DNA of 40,123 nucleotides from Candidatus Saccharimonadales bacterium (lineage in GTDB: Bacteria > Patescibacteriota > Saccharimonadia > Saccharimonadales > Saccharimonadaceae): contig JBBQTT010000001.1 of NCBI GenBank assembly GCA_038213035.1, positions 1-40,123 on the forward strand. The letters are read 5' to 3'. The notes below the pieces were generated by a model. The model did not search any database and had not been told where the DNA came from. It worked only from the letters and a program-made list of their open reading frames with translations. How positions within the stretch are numbered: position 1 is the stretch's first letter; every line of letters begins with the position of its first letter. Positions 24,939 to 32,355 of the stretch are shown piece after piece. A program made the translations under genes and the position numbers.

Positions 24939-25433
24939 ATGATGTCAATCAACACAATTAATAACCAGAGCCACGGTCTTACGATCATAAAACATTCAGG
25001 AAAACTGAATCACGGTTTCACAATCGTAGAACTGCTGGTTGTTATCGTTGTTATCGGTATTTTGGCAGCGATTACTATCGTTTCTTATACTGGAATTACC
25101 GCCAAGGCTAATACAACTGCTAATAAAAATAATGCCAACAGCGTTCGTCGTGTAGCGCAAATAGTATATACTAATACTAGTTCATTCCCAGTAACAAACG
25201 CCACTTCAGCTACAGTAATTGCTGCATTGAATGCTAGCGATGCTAAGATCCCATCAGGTCTTACTGTAACAAACGGTGCCGTAGCATCAGGATCAGCTAT
25301 CACTTACGTACTTAAGGGTGCAACAGGCATCTGTGTTGGATACTGGGACTACAGCGGTGCTGGTTCAGCAGCTTGGTTGTACGCCGGTGACGCAACAACA
25401 GGTACCAGCGGTACACCTTCAACTTGCGCTTAA
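24939..25433 (+). CDS. Type IV pilin paralog 3
   Basis: GGGGGC SD. The sequence is NHGFTIVELLVVIVVIGILAAITIVSYTG. It is a close paralog of pilin 4 (SSFPVT.ATSATVIAALN.SDAKIPSGLTVT, GICVGYWDYS). Confidence 0.9.
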   Translation: MMSINTINNQSHGLTIIKHSGKLNHGFTIVELLVVIVVIGILAAITIVSYTGITAKANTTANKNNANSVRRVAQIVYTNTSSFPVTNATSATVIAALNASDAKIPSGLTVTNGAVASGSAITYVLKGATGICVGYWDYSGAGSAAWLYAGDATTGTSGTPSTCA

Positions 25434-25441
25434 CAAAACGC

Positions 25442-25475
25442 TTGTGCTAATGTAAATTTTGTAGTAAATTATAAA
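25442..25475 (+). promoter_or_regulatory. Candidate promoter of pilin gene 4
   Basis: CGCTTGTGCTAAT is identical to the box before pilin 3. The -10 is either TAAATT (25465-25470) or TATAAA (25470-25475). Confidence 0.4.
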
Positions 25476-25500
25476 CATAATAAATAATTAGGGGGCACAC

Positions 25501-25947
25501 ATGACACAAGGAAATATCAAAATCAAAGAACGCGGTTTCACAATCGTAGAACTTTTGGTTGTTATCGTTGTTATCGGTATTTTGGCAACGATTACTATCG
25601 TTTCTTATACTGGTATCACAGCTAAAGCAAATACAGCTGCTAACAAACAAAATGCAAGTAGTGTTATTGCTACTGCTCAAATCGTTTACGCTAATACAAG
25701 TTCATTCCCAGTAACAAGCGCTACTTCAGCTACAGTAATTGCTGCATTGAATTCTAGCGATGCTAAGATCCCATCAGGTCTTACTGTAACAAGTACATCT
25801 GTGACTTCAGGCACAGCTACTGCGCTTTCCTACCGCCAAAAAGCTAATACTGGTATCTGTGTTGGATACTGGGATTACAGCATTCCTGGCGTAGCTTACC
25901 TATTCGGTGGCGATGCAACAGCTGACAACGGTACAGCCTGTTCATAG
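25501..25947 (+). CDS. Type IV pilin paralog 4
   Basis: AGGGGG SD. The sequence is KERGFTIVELLVVIVVIGILATITIVSYTG. The 5' region of about 100 nt is near-identical to pilins 2 and 3. Confidence 0.9.
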   Translation: MTQGNIKIKERGFTIVELLVVIVVIGILATITIVSYTGITAKANTAANKQNASSVIATAQIVYANTSSFPVTSATSATVIAALNSSDAKIPSGLTVTSTSVTSGTATALSYRQKANTGICVGYWDYSIPGVAYLFGGDATADNGTACS

Positions 25948-25965
25948 AACTTAGTTTATAGAACA

Positions 25966-25995
25966 TTTAATATCCCTCACACGAGGGATATTAAA
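25966..25995. terminator. Bidirectional terminator between pilin 4 and glyA
   Basis: Perfect 13-bp stem TTTAATATCCCTC-ACAC-GAGGGATATTAAA. Confidence 0.75.
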
Positions 25996-26013
25996 TTTGT
26001 ATTTATTATTTAA

Positions 26014-27291
26014 TTATTTGTCACTTGGCAATGGAAAAGATTTAGCTAACTTGATAACTTGCAACCTTATTTTAGCTAACTCGGCTGGGTTTTCACGATT
26101 ATCAATCGCCTGTTTCATCCAACTAGCAATTTGCACCATATGTACCTGTTTTAGCCCGCGTGTCGTAACGGCAGGCGTTCCTAGTCGAATACCGCTAGGC
26201 CTGAACGGTGGCAATGTATCATCAGGAATCGCATTAGCGTTAAGTGTCAATCCAATAGCGTCCAAAGCCACCTCTGCGGTCTTGCCATCAATTCCAAAGC
26301 TCTTGTACACATCAGCTAACATCATATGATTACTGGTTCCACCTGTAACCAACTGAAAGCCATGCTTTTTCAACTCGTCCGCCAAGGTTGAAGCGTTATC
26401 CAAAATCTGTTGCGCGTAAACCTTGAACTCGGGTTGTAGTGCCTCATAAAAAGCCACGGCCTTGGCTGCAATCGAATGCATATGTGGGCCGCCCTGCATA
26501 CCAGGGAAAATTGATCGGTCAATAAGTGTTGGGATGTTTTCTAGCGTCTTTTCGGGTGCTTTTAATGGGTTCCCTACTTTGCCCATCGACAATATCATGC
26601 CGCCACGTGGACCACGTAATGTTTTATGAGTGGTTGTTGTTATAACATGAAAACCATAATCAAATGGGTTCTTGGCAACACCGGCGACAATTAAACCTGC
26701 AATATGAGCCATATCGGCCATCAACAGGGCTCCAACTTCATTACCAATTGCAGCAAATTTAGCGTAATCTAATTCTCGTGGATATGCACTAAACCCAGCC
26801 AAGATGATTTTTGGCTTGTGTTTTAAGGCTAATTCACGTAATTCTTCGTAATCAATCTCGCCTGTCGAAGTATCTTTCATTTTGTAGCGTACGAAATTAT
26901 ACAATTTAGCACTACGAGTAACCGGCGCACCGTGCGTCAGGTGCCCACCATGACCCAGGTCCATCGCAATGACCGTATCACCTGGTTCGAGCCACGCACT
27001 GTACACAGCCTCGTTTGCAGGGGCTCCAGAGTGTGGTTGAACATTGGCATGGTCACATCTAAATAGTTGTTTAGCACGGTCAATTGCCAATTGTTCTACT
27101 TTGTCAGTATATTCCTGGCCACCGTAATAGCGTTTGCCTGGATAACCTTCAGCATATTTATTAGTTAAAACACTGCCAAGTGCCGTCAAAACATCACGAC
27201 TTACGTAATTTTCGCTTGGAATTAGTTCTAGCCCTTCACGTTGCCTAACCTCTTCGCCGGCAATATAATCGGCAATCAATTTGTCTTTCAT
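26014..27291 (-). CDS. glyA: Serine hydroxymethyltransferase
   Basis: ELIPSENY, and TTTTHKTLRGPRGG containing the PLP-binding lysine. 425 aa. Confidence 0.95.
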   Translation of the reverse strand: MKDKLIADYIAGEEVRQREGLELIPSENYVSRDVLTALGSVLTNKYAEGYPGKRYYGGQEYTDKVEQLAIDRAKQLFRCDHANVQPHSGAPANEAVYSAWLEPGDTVIAMDLGHGGHLTHGAPVTRSAKLYNFVRYKMKDTSTGEIDYEELRELALKHKPKIILAGFSAYPRELDYAKFAAIGNEVGALLMADMAHIAGLIVAGVAKNPFDYGFHVITTTTHKTLRGPRGGMILSMGKVGNPLKAPEKTLENIPTLIDRSIFPGMQGGPHMHSIAAKAVAFYEALQPEFKVYAQQILDNASTLADELKKHGFQLVTGGTSNHMMLADVYKSFGIDGKTAEVALDAIGLTLNANAIPDDTLPPFRPSGIRLGTPAVTTRGLKQVHMVQIASWMKQAIDNRENPAELAKIRLQVIKLAKSFPLPSDK

Positions 27292-27387
27292 AACCTAACC
27301 TCCTAAACCTATTAATATAATTATATCACCTACTACCTACTAAATCTTCATTGACTTGTATATCATGATTGATATATTATTGATTAC

Positions 27388-28917
27388 ATGACAAACGATG
27401 ATTATAAAGTTAAAATCGGAACCTTAATTCAAGATACCAGACAGTCACGAGGACTAACCCAAGCCCAACTGGCAAAAGCCTTAAACACTAGTCAAAGTGC
27501 GATTAATCGCATCGAAAAGGGTGGACAAAATATCAGCCTTGAGATGTTGGCCCGTATTAGTGACGTTTTGTCAAGCGAACTTGTCACCTTGAATCAATCT
27601 GGAAAAATCAATTTCAGCATCAATGGCGGCAAAAAACTATCAGGCGATATTGAAGTTAAAACCAGCAAAAACGCTGCTGTTGGCCTACTTTGCGCCAGTT
27701 TATTGAACCATGGCACGACAACTTTGCGCCGAGTCGCCCATATCGAAGAAGTTAACCGTATTATTGAAGTATTACAAAGTATTGGCGTCAAAGTTAAATG
27801 GCTAAATGACAGAAACGACCTGGAGATTACTCCACCAGCCAGATTAAAACTGGATAGTATGGATATTAAAGCTGCCCAAAAGACCCGAACAGTAATTATG
27901 TTGCTGGGACCCCTGTTGCACCAATACAAAGAATTTAAACTACCATTTGCCGGTGGATGCAACCTGGGAACACGCACCGTTGAACCTCATATGACAGGCC
28001 TGGCGCCGTTTGGTTTGAACGTCGAAGCAACTGGTGAGTATTATCACGCTACTGTCACCAAAAAGGCCGTTACGCAGACTATCCTATTAACAGAACGTGG
28101 CGATACCACGACCGAAAACGTCATCATGGCGGCTGCCCTTTATGATGGTGAAATTACTATTCGAAACGCCAGCCCAAATTACATGGTCCAAGATTTATGC
28201 TTTTTCTTGCAAAAGTTAGGTGTCAAAATTGAAGGTATCGGCACGACTATTTTAAAGATTCACGGTGTTCGTAGCATTAATAAAAATGTCGAATACTATC
28301 CTAGTGAAGACCCAATCGAAGCTATGAGTTTAATTGCCGCCGGCATCGTCACCGATTCTGAAATAACAGTCAAACGAGCGCCGATTGAGTTTATCGAAAT
28401 CGAACTTGCCATCCTTAAAGGAATGGGTCTGCAATACGAAGTTAGTGCTGAATATCCAGCCCGAAACGGCGAAACCAGACTAGTTGATATCAAAATATTA
28501 CAATCAAAATTAAAATCCCCCAAAGACAAACTACACAGCATGCCGTTCCCTGGTGTTAATATGGACAACTTACCTTTCTTGGGCCTAATAGCTACCACTG
28601 CCCAGGGTCGGACCCTCGTACATGATTGGTCATACGAAAACCGTGCAATTTATTTTACAGAACTTAGCAAATTAAACGCCGGTATAGAATTAGTTGACCC
28701 ACACCGAGTTTATATAACTGGTCCAACCAAATGGAAACCTGCCGATATCGTTACTCCACCAGCTTTGCGTCCATCCGTTGTTATATTACTAGCCATGTTG
28801 GCCGCACCAGGGCGATCGATATTACGCGACGTATATTCAATAAATCGCGGCTATGAAGATTTTGCCAACCGATTAAATACGTTAGGCGCCGATATTGAAA
28901 CCTTGCGCGAGATTTAA
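27388..28917 (+). CDS. Fusion protein: N-terminal XRE-family HTH (aa about 10-65) plus a MurA-like UDP-GlcNAc 1-carboxyvinyltransferase (aa about 73-509)
   Basis: The HTH is RGLTQAQLAKALNTSQSAINRIEKGGQNISLEMLARI. MurA-like marks are KTSKNAA, LGPLL, FAGGCNLGTRTVEPH (Cys191 at the expected catalytic position) and YENR. It is a single uninterrupted ORF. Confidence 0.85.
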   Translation: MTNDDYKVKIGTLIQDTRQSRGLTQAQLAKALNTSQSAINRIEKGGQNISLEMLARISDVLSSELVTLNQSGKINFSINGGKKLSGDIEVKTSKNAAVGLLCASLLNHGTTTLRRVAHIEEVNRIIEVLQSIGVKVKWLNDRNDLEITPPARLKLDSMDIKAAQKTRTVIMLLGPLLHQYKEFKLPFAGGCNLGTRTVEPHMTGLAPFGLNVEATGEYYHATVTKKAVTQTILLTERGDTTTENVIMAAALYDGEITIRNASPNYMVQDLCFFLQKLGVKIEGIGTTILKIHGVRSINKNVEYYPSEDPIEAMSLIAAGIVTDSEITVKRAPIEFIEIELAILKGMGLQYEVSAEYPARNGETRLVDIKILQSKLKSPKDKLHSMPFPGVNMDNLPFLGLIATTAQGRTLVHDWSYENRAIYFTELSKLNAGIELVDPHRVYITGPTKWKPADIVTPPALRPSVVILLAMLAAPGRSILRDVYSINRGYEDFANRLNTLGADIETLREI

Positions 28918-29249
28918 GCGTACGGGTTATAAGTTCGTGATTGTGGTTCACTGAAGCGCTTTTGGCTACTTAATCCAGGTCGTTGCCCTAATGACTGACC
29001 TCGTCGAATAGTAGAACGGTCAATCTGATGTTCGGCAACGGGTTTTGCCCTTAGGGCGCCGTATGTACCGCCAATAGCCGACCGATGATAATTGTCAATT
29101 ATTTTACGGTTACGGTCAATTAATTGTCGCTGTTCGAATGATATCGAGGCAGTTGATCCAATCTGATTACCCTGCGCCACTACAGCATAGCCATTACTAT
29201 GAAACGGCTTGTCGTCATCGGGTTTTACTATGTGGTTATTTAAATCCAT
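28914..29249 (-). CDS. Hypothetical protein (111 aa)
   Basis: Supported only by the ORF. No recognisable motif. It overlaps the murA-like stop convergently by 4 nt. Confidence 0.4.
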   Translation of the reverse strand: MDLNNHIVKPDDDKPFHSNGYAVVAQGNQIGSTASISFEQRQLIDRNRKIIDNYHRSAIGGTYGALRAKPVAEHQIDRSTIRRGQSLGQRPGLSSQKRFSEPQSRTYNPYA

Positions 29250-29298
29250 GTTGGTTTTTGCCTTTGTTTGATTATATTATACGCAATATCTAGTGAAT

Positions 29299-29494
29299 GT
29301 GCTAATGACGGGGATTGGTCACGATAAAAATCATTCTAATTTTTTCGCGACCCCGCCTCAGTCGGTGACGTTCGTCATCCGGCTTCCGGCCTTGCGCAGT
29401 GCAGACTTGCACTGCTCACCCGCTACCACCGCGGGTTCAATACCCGTAACGTTCCAAATAAAAAAGAAGGCATAAAGCCTTCATTTTTATTTGG
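29299..29494 (-). repeat. tRNA-His-linked module, copy D
   Basis: All parts are read in tRNA sense. T1 lies at 29454-29494. The inverted T-arm copy ACGGGTATTGAACCCGC lies at 29431-29447. The direct copy GGTAGCGGGT lies at 29418-29427 and the core at 29318-29421. CAATCCCCGTCATT (29304-29317) equals the tRNA-His T-loop/acceptor segment at 29499-29512. Confidence 0.85.
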
Positions 29495-29569
29495 GGCGAA
29501 TGACGGGGATTGAACCCGCTACCTTCGGAACCACAACCCGACGCTCTAACCAGATGAGCTACATTCGCC
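29492..29569 (-). tRNA. tRNA-His (anticodon GTG) with encoded G-1 and CCA
   Basis: G-1 plus acceptor GCGAATG/CATTCGC, discriminator C, anticodon arm TCGGG-TTGTGGT-TCCGA, T arm GCGGG-TTCAATC-CCCGT. An upstream TGtTACAAT forms an extended -10. Confidence 0.92.
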
Positions 29570-29654
29570 ATATCGGTGATTGGACTAAGATATTGTAACA
29601 GATTAAAAGAGATATGAAAATACAGGCTAGTACTTTCCTTTACGATATGACCTC

Positions 29655-29663
29655 TGGTATAAT
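29655..29663 (+). promoter_or_regulatory. Extended -10 promoter (TGGTATAAT) of tRNA-Gly
   Basis: TGGTATAAT ends 10 nt before the first tRNA nucleotide. Confidence 0.6.
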
Positions 29664-29673
29664 ATAAAAACGC

Positions 29674-29748
29674 GCGGGCGTCGTATAAAGGCTAATATGT
29701 CTGCCTTCCAAGCAAACGATGAGAGTTCGATTCTCTCCGCCCGCACCA
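29674..29748 (+). tRNA. tRNA-Gly (anticodon TCC), CCA encoded
   Basis: Acceptor GCGGGCG/CGCCCGC, anticodon arm TCTGC-CTTCCAA-GCAAA (one C-A mismatch), T arm GAGAG-TTCGATT-CTCTC, then ACCA. Confidence 0.85.
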
Positions 29749-29980
29749 AAGAAAAAAGTTGTGTCCCTGGATACAACTTTTTTCTTTGGTATGTGTTGGT
29801 GAATCGAACTCTCATCGACGATTCGCTGTCCAGCGAAGAGTCAGATGAGAGTTCGTGAAGCGCCGTGCAGCAAAATCAGTTTACTTATTTTGCCAACAAG
29901 CGAAAATAGGGAATGAAATGACCGCCTTCTCTCCGCCCACACCAAAGAAAAAGAGATTCGTTGAATCTCTTTTTCTATGG
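29746..29980 (+). repeat. tRNA-Gly-linked module with a different insert
   Basis: T1 lies at 29746-29789. The inverted copy GAATCGAACTCTCATCG (29801-29817) is the perfect reverse complement of the tRNA segment CGATGAGAGTTCGATTC. The direct copy GATGAGAGTTCG lies at 29844-29855 and a 71-nt insert at 29856-29926. TTCTCTCCGCCCACACCA (29927-29944) matches the tRNA sequence TTCTCTCCGCCCGCACCA. T2 lies at 29942-29980. Confidence 0.85.
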
Positions 29981-29993
29981 TCTGAGTTGGTTT

Positions 29994-30419
29994 TTATTCA
30001 GCGTGTTCTTCCGCTTCTGCCCTGTCACCATCTTCTTTGGTTACATGAACTGTTCCATGTGGGTGTTGTACTGGTGAATAAATTGAATAAACTTTCAAAG
30101 CAACATCACCACTACTAATTAGATTATGCCAAGTACCAGCTGGTACAACAACAGCATCGCCATCGACTGCTTGCCAAACTTGCAATTCGCCTTCAGATGG
30201 ACCCATACTGACGGTTGCCTGCCCTTGTTCGATTCGCAAAAATTGATCATGAGTTGGATGAACTTCCAAACCAATATCATGCCCTGGTTCAATCGACATT
30301 AATGTAATTTGTGAATGTTCGCCAGTCCACAAAGTTGTCCTGTAATTCATATTTTCAATCGTTGCAGCTTCAATACCAGTAACTAGTGGGCTTGGCCCGT
30401 TATCTATAATATTTGTCAT
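29994..30419 (-). CDS. Cupin-domain protein
   Basis: GHDIGLEVHPTHDQFLRIEQG ... VVVPAGTWHNL, the two-motif cupin pattern. Confidence 0.8.
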   Translation of the reverse strand: MTNIIDNGPSPLVTGIEAATIENMNYRTTLWTGEHSQITLMSIEPGHDIGLEVHPTHDQFLRIEQGQATVSMGPSEGELQVWQAVDGDAVVVPAGTWHNLISSGDVALKVYSIYSPVQHPHGTVHVTKEDGDRAEAEEHAE

Positions 30420-30459
30420 AATTTTAATTCCCCCTTATCTTTAATTATACTCTTTTTAT

Positions 30460-30978
30460 TTATCGTTTAGCTTGTGACGCCACGGCATTTTTTATATCAC
30501 GATAAACTTTCAGCGACCAATAAATTATCCAAATAAACATCATCCCAATTATTATCAGTAGCGCTGGTGTCGACAAACTTAGATTTTTATCAACGGCTGA
30601 TTGATTCATGTTATATGTTATATACGTAAACATCACACTTACTAACAGCAAAACTCCAGCATTTAAAGTTCGAATCAAATCAAAAGCATGGGCTTTATTT
30701 TTTTCATCCAAGGCCACCAGCCACATAGTACTGGGGATATTAGAATATTGAGGTTTGTAATAAACAAAAATCATCAATGCCAATATCATAGCCTGCAAAA
30801 ATGGTAACAAAAATACTTGAAAAATCGATTTATCAGCCCAACCATCAGCCGCCCCACTTATCCCAAAATGGACTGGAATAACTGCCGGCAATTTATCCCA
30901 ATAATATATCGCAATAACCCAGCTTGCCACTGCCAAAATAGTTGCTACAGCAAAAGTAATTTTGAACTTTAGTTTCAT
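30460..30978 (-). CDS. DUF1648/SdpI-like integral membrane protein
   Basis: 4 TM helices, with the N-terminal motif YWDKLPAVIPVHFGISGAADGWADKS. Confidence 0.7.
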   Translation of the reverse strand: MKLKFKITFAVATILAVASWVIAIYYWDKLPAVIPVHFGISGAADGWADKSIFQVFLLPFLQAMILALMIFVYYKPQYSNIPSTMWLVALDEKNKAHAFDLIRTLNAGVLLLVSVMFTYITYNMNQSAVDKNLSLSTPALLIIIGMMFIWIIYWSLKVYRDIKNAVASQAKR

Positions 30979-31137
30979 AATATATCCCCTTTTAATTTAA
31001 TTATATACCTAATTAGCTAATGGGATGTAGCTAATAGCTATTAGCGAATCCCGATACTGCTATATTCTAATAGCCATATTCCAAAAGCCATTCTAAATAT
31101 TGCTCAAATAATATAATCCGTCATAAAACCCATAATT

Positions 31138-31146
31138 TGGTATAAT
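31138..31146 (+). promoter_or_regulatory. Extended -10 promoter (TGGTATAAT) of tRNA-Arg(TCT)
   Basis: This is the same 9-mer found upstream of tRNA-Gly, and it ends 17 nt before the tRNA. Confidence 0.55.
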
Positions 31147-31163
31147 GACAGATGTACCAAATT

Positions 31164-31239
31164 GCCCTGGTAGCTCAGTGGATAGAGCAGAGGACTTCTA
31201 AGCCTAAGGTCGTTGGTTCAATTCCAACCCAGGGTACCA
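31164..31239 (+). tRNA. tRNA-Arg (anticodon TCT), CCA encoded
   Basis: Acceptor GCCCTGG/CCAGGGT, D arm GCTC-AGTGGATA-GAGC, T arm GTTGG-TTCAATT-CCAAC. The anticodon loop is CTTCTAA, but the anticodon stem is weak (GAGGA/GCCTA, only 3 central pairs). Confidence 0.78.
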
Positions 31240-31329
31240 AAATAAAATAATCAGCCAATGGGTTGATTATTTTATTTTGATTCCAGGGATTGGATTGAAC
31301 CAACGACCGCCTGACAACCCAGGGTACTA
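31237..31329 (+). repeat. tRNA-Arg(TCT)-linked minimal module (no long insert)
   Basis: T1 lies at 31237-31279. The inverted T-arm copy GGGATTGGATTGAACCAACGACC (31286-31308) approximates the reverse complement of the tRNA segment GGTCGTTGGTTCAATTCCAACCC. After GCCTGAC comes AACCCAGGGTAC (31316-31327), which equals the tRNA 3' end at 31226-31237. Confidence 0.75.
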
Positions 31330-31393
31330 AAATTCTGATATAATCAAAATATAGTAATAAACATCACATAACCCCAAAAGGATTATACAAAAA

Positions 31394-32350
31394 ATGAAAA
31401 ACACCCCAGCAGATCAAACTAATATCACACCTGGCGTAATCGTTCTACAATGGCTGACCTACGCTTTCTGGGGATTAACTGTCCTAGCTACATCCGTCCT
31501 TGCTACTACCGTTATCGCTTATTTTATTACACCGTCAAACAACAACGACTTCTCGGCGTACGCAACTGCGGCAGTATTAGTTTTACTACCAATATCAGTT
31601 GTTTGTGATATTTTTTATTCAAAACGCGAACCTCAACACAAAACCGGTGCATCATCAATTATTATGATTATTCATGCCGTAGTATTTGCATTATTCGGCA
31701 TTGGTGCAATTATCGGAATCGTATTTTCATTAGTCCAGTTATTAATCAGCAGCTCGGATATAACCGGTACTAGGATTGCTCTTTACAGTGAAATTGTAAT
31801 AGTATTCCTTTACGCTGTAACTTTTTTACGAACACTGTTGCCCGTAAAACTAGTAAAATTCCGACAATATTACCCAATATTTATGATAGTTGTAGCTGGT
31901 ATTATTTCAGTATTAAGTTTTATTGGCCCAGTTGCAAACGCTCAACTAACACGCAATGATAAACTGATTGATAATAATTTATATTCTATTCAATCTGGCG
32001 TAGATATTTACGTAAATAGCCAAAATAAACTTCCGGCCGACCTAAACTCTTTGGATTTAACTGGTGATGCCAAAAAAATCGTTGATGAAAATCTTGTGAA
32101 ATATACCGCTAACAGTAAACCATCTGCCGTCACATCCAGCACTTTTAACCCCAGCACTTCAACTACTACTTTCTATTACAAATTGTGCGTAGATTACAAG
32201 GCTGCATCAAACAATAGCAACGGCGTAATATCCATGCCAACACCAGCAACAGAAAGTGATGGATACAATAGTTATATACCATCATCATCACACCCTGCTG
32301 GAAATTACTGCTATAAACTAAGTTCTGTAACTGGATTTATAGGTAAATAG
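31394..32350 (+). CDS. Polytopic membrane protein (about 5 TM) with an extracytoplasmic C-terminal domain
   Basis: 318-aa ORF. The C-terminal segment is QLTRNDKLIDNNLYSIQSGVDIYVNSQNKLPADLNSL with a Cys pair. This is reminiscent of a pilin/pseudopilin head domain, but the resemblance is weak. Confidence 0.7.
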   Translation: MKNTPADQTNITPGVIVLQWLTYAFWGLTVLATSVLATTVIAYFITPSNNNDFSAYATAAVLVLLPISVVCDIFYSKREPQHKTGASSIIMIIHAVVFALFGIGAIIGIVFSLVQLLISSSDITGTRIALYSEIVIVFLYAVTFLRTLLPVKLVKFRQYYPIFMIVVAGIISVLSFIGPVANAQLTRNDKLIDNNLYSIQSGVDIYVNSQNKLPADLNSLDLTGDAKKIVDENLVKYTANSKPSAVTSSTFNPSTSTTTFYYKLCVDYKAASNNSNGVISMPTPATESDGYNSYIPSSSHPAGNYCYKLSSVTGFIGK

Positions 32351-32355
32351 TTAAT

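Noticed and set aside
20744-25947. The pilin locus as a horizontally acquired island
   Set aside because: There are no flanking repeats, integrase genes or clear compositional break. It sits directly after murB with conventional operon spacing.
29396-29460. Copy D read on the opposite strand as a tRNA-like gene (T arm GCGGG-TTCAATA-CCCGT, then AACGTT-CCA)
   Set aside because: No D arm or anticodon arm of correct dimensions can be drawn (8-bp stem with a 4-nt loop). The T-arm-plus-CCA reading is also not reproduced in copies A to C.
29293-30118. ORFs 29293-29475(+), 29627-29815(-) and 29855-30118(+)
   Set aside because: They overlap the tRNA-His module, tRNA-Gly and the tRNA-Gly module respectively. 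These regions are explained better as RNA or repeat sequence.
1-31329. A CRISPR array as the explanation for the repeated sequences
   Set aside because: The copies are kilobases apart, are not regularly spaced, are about 100 nt long and structured, are always tied to tRNA genes, and no cas genes are present.
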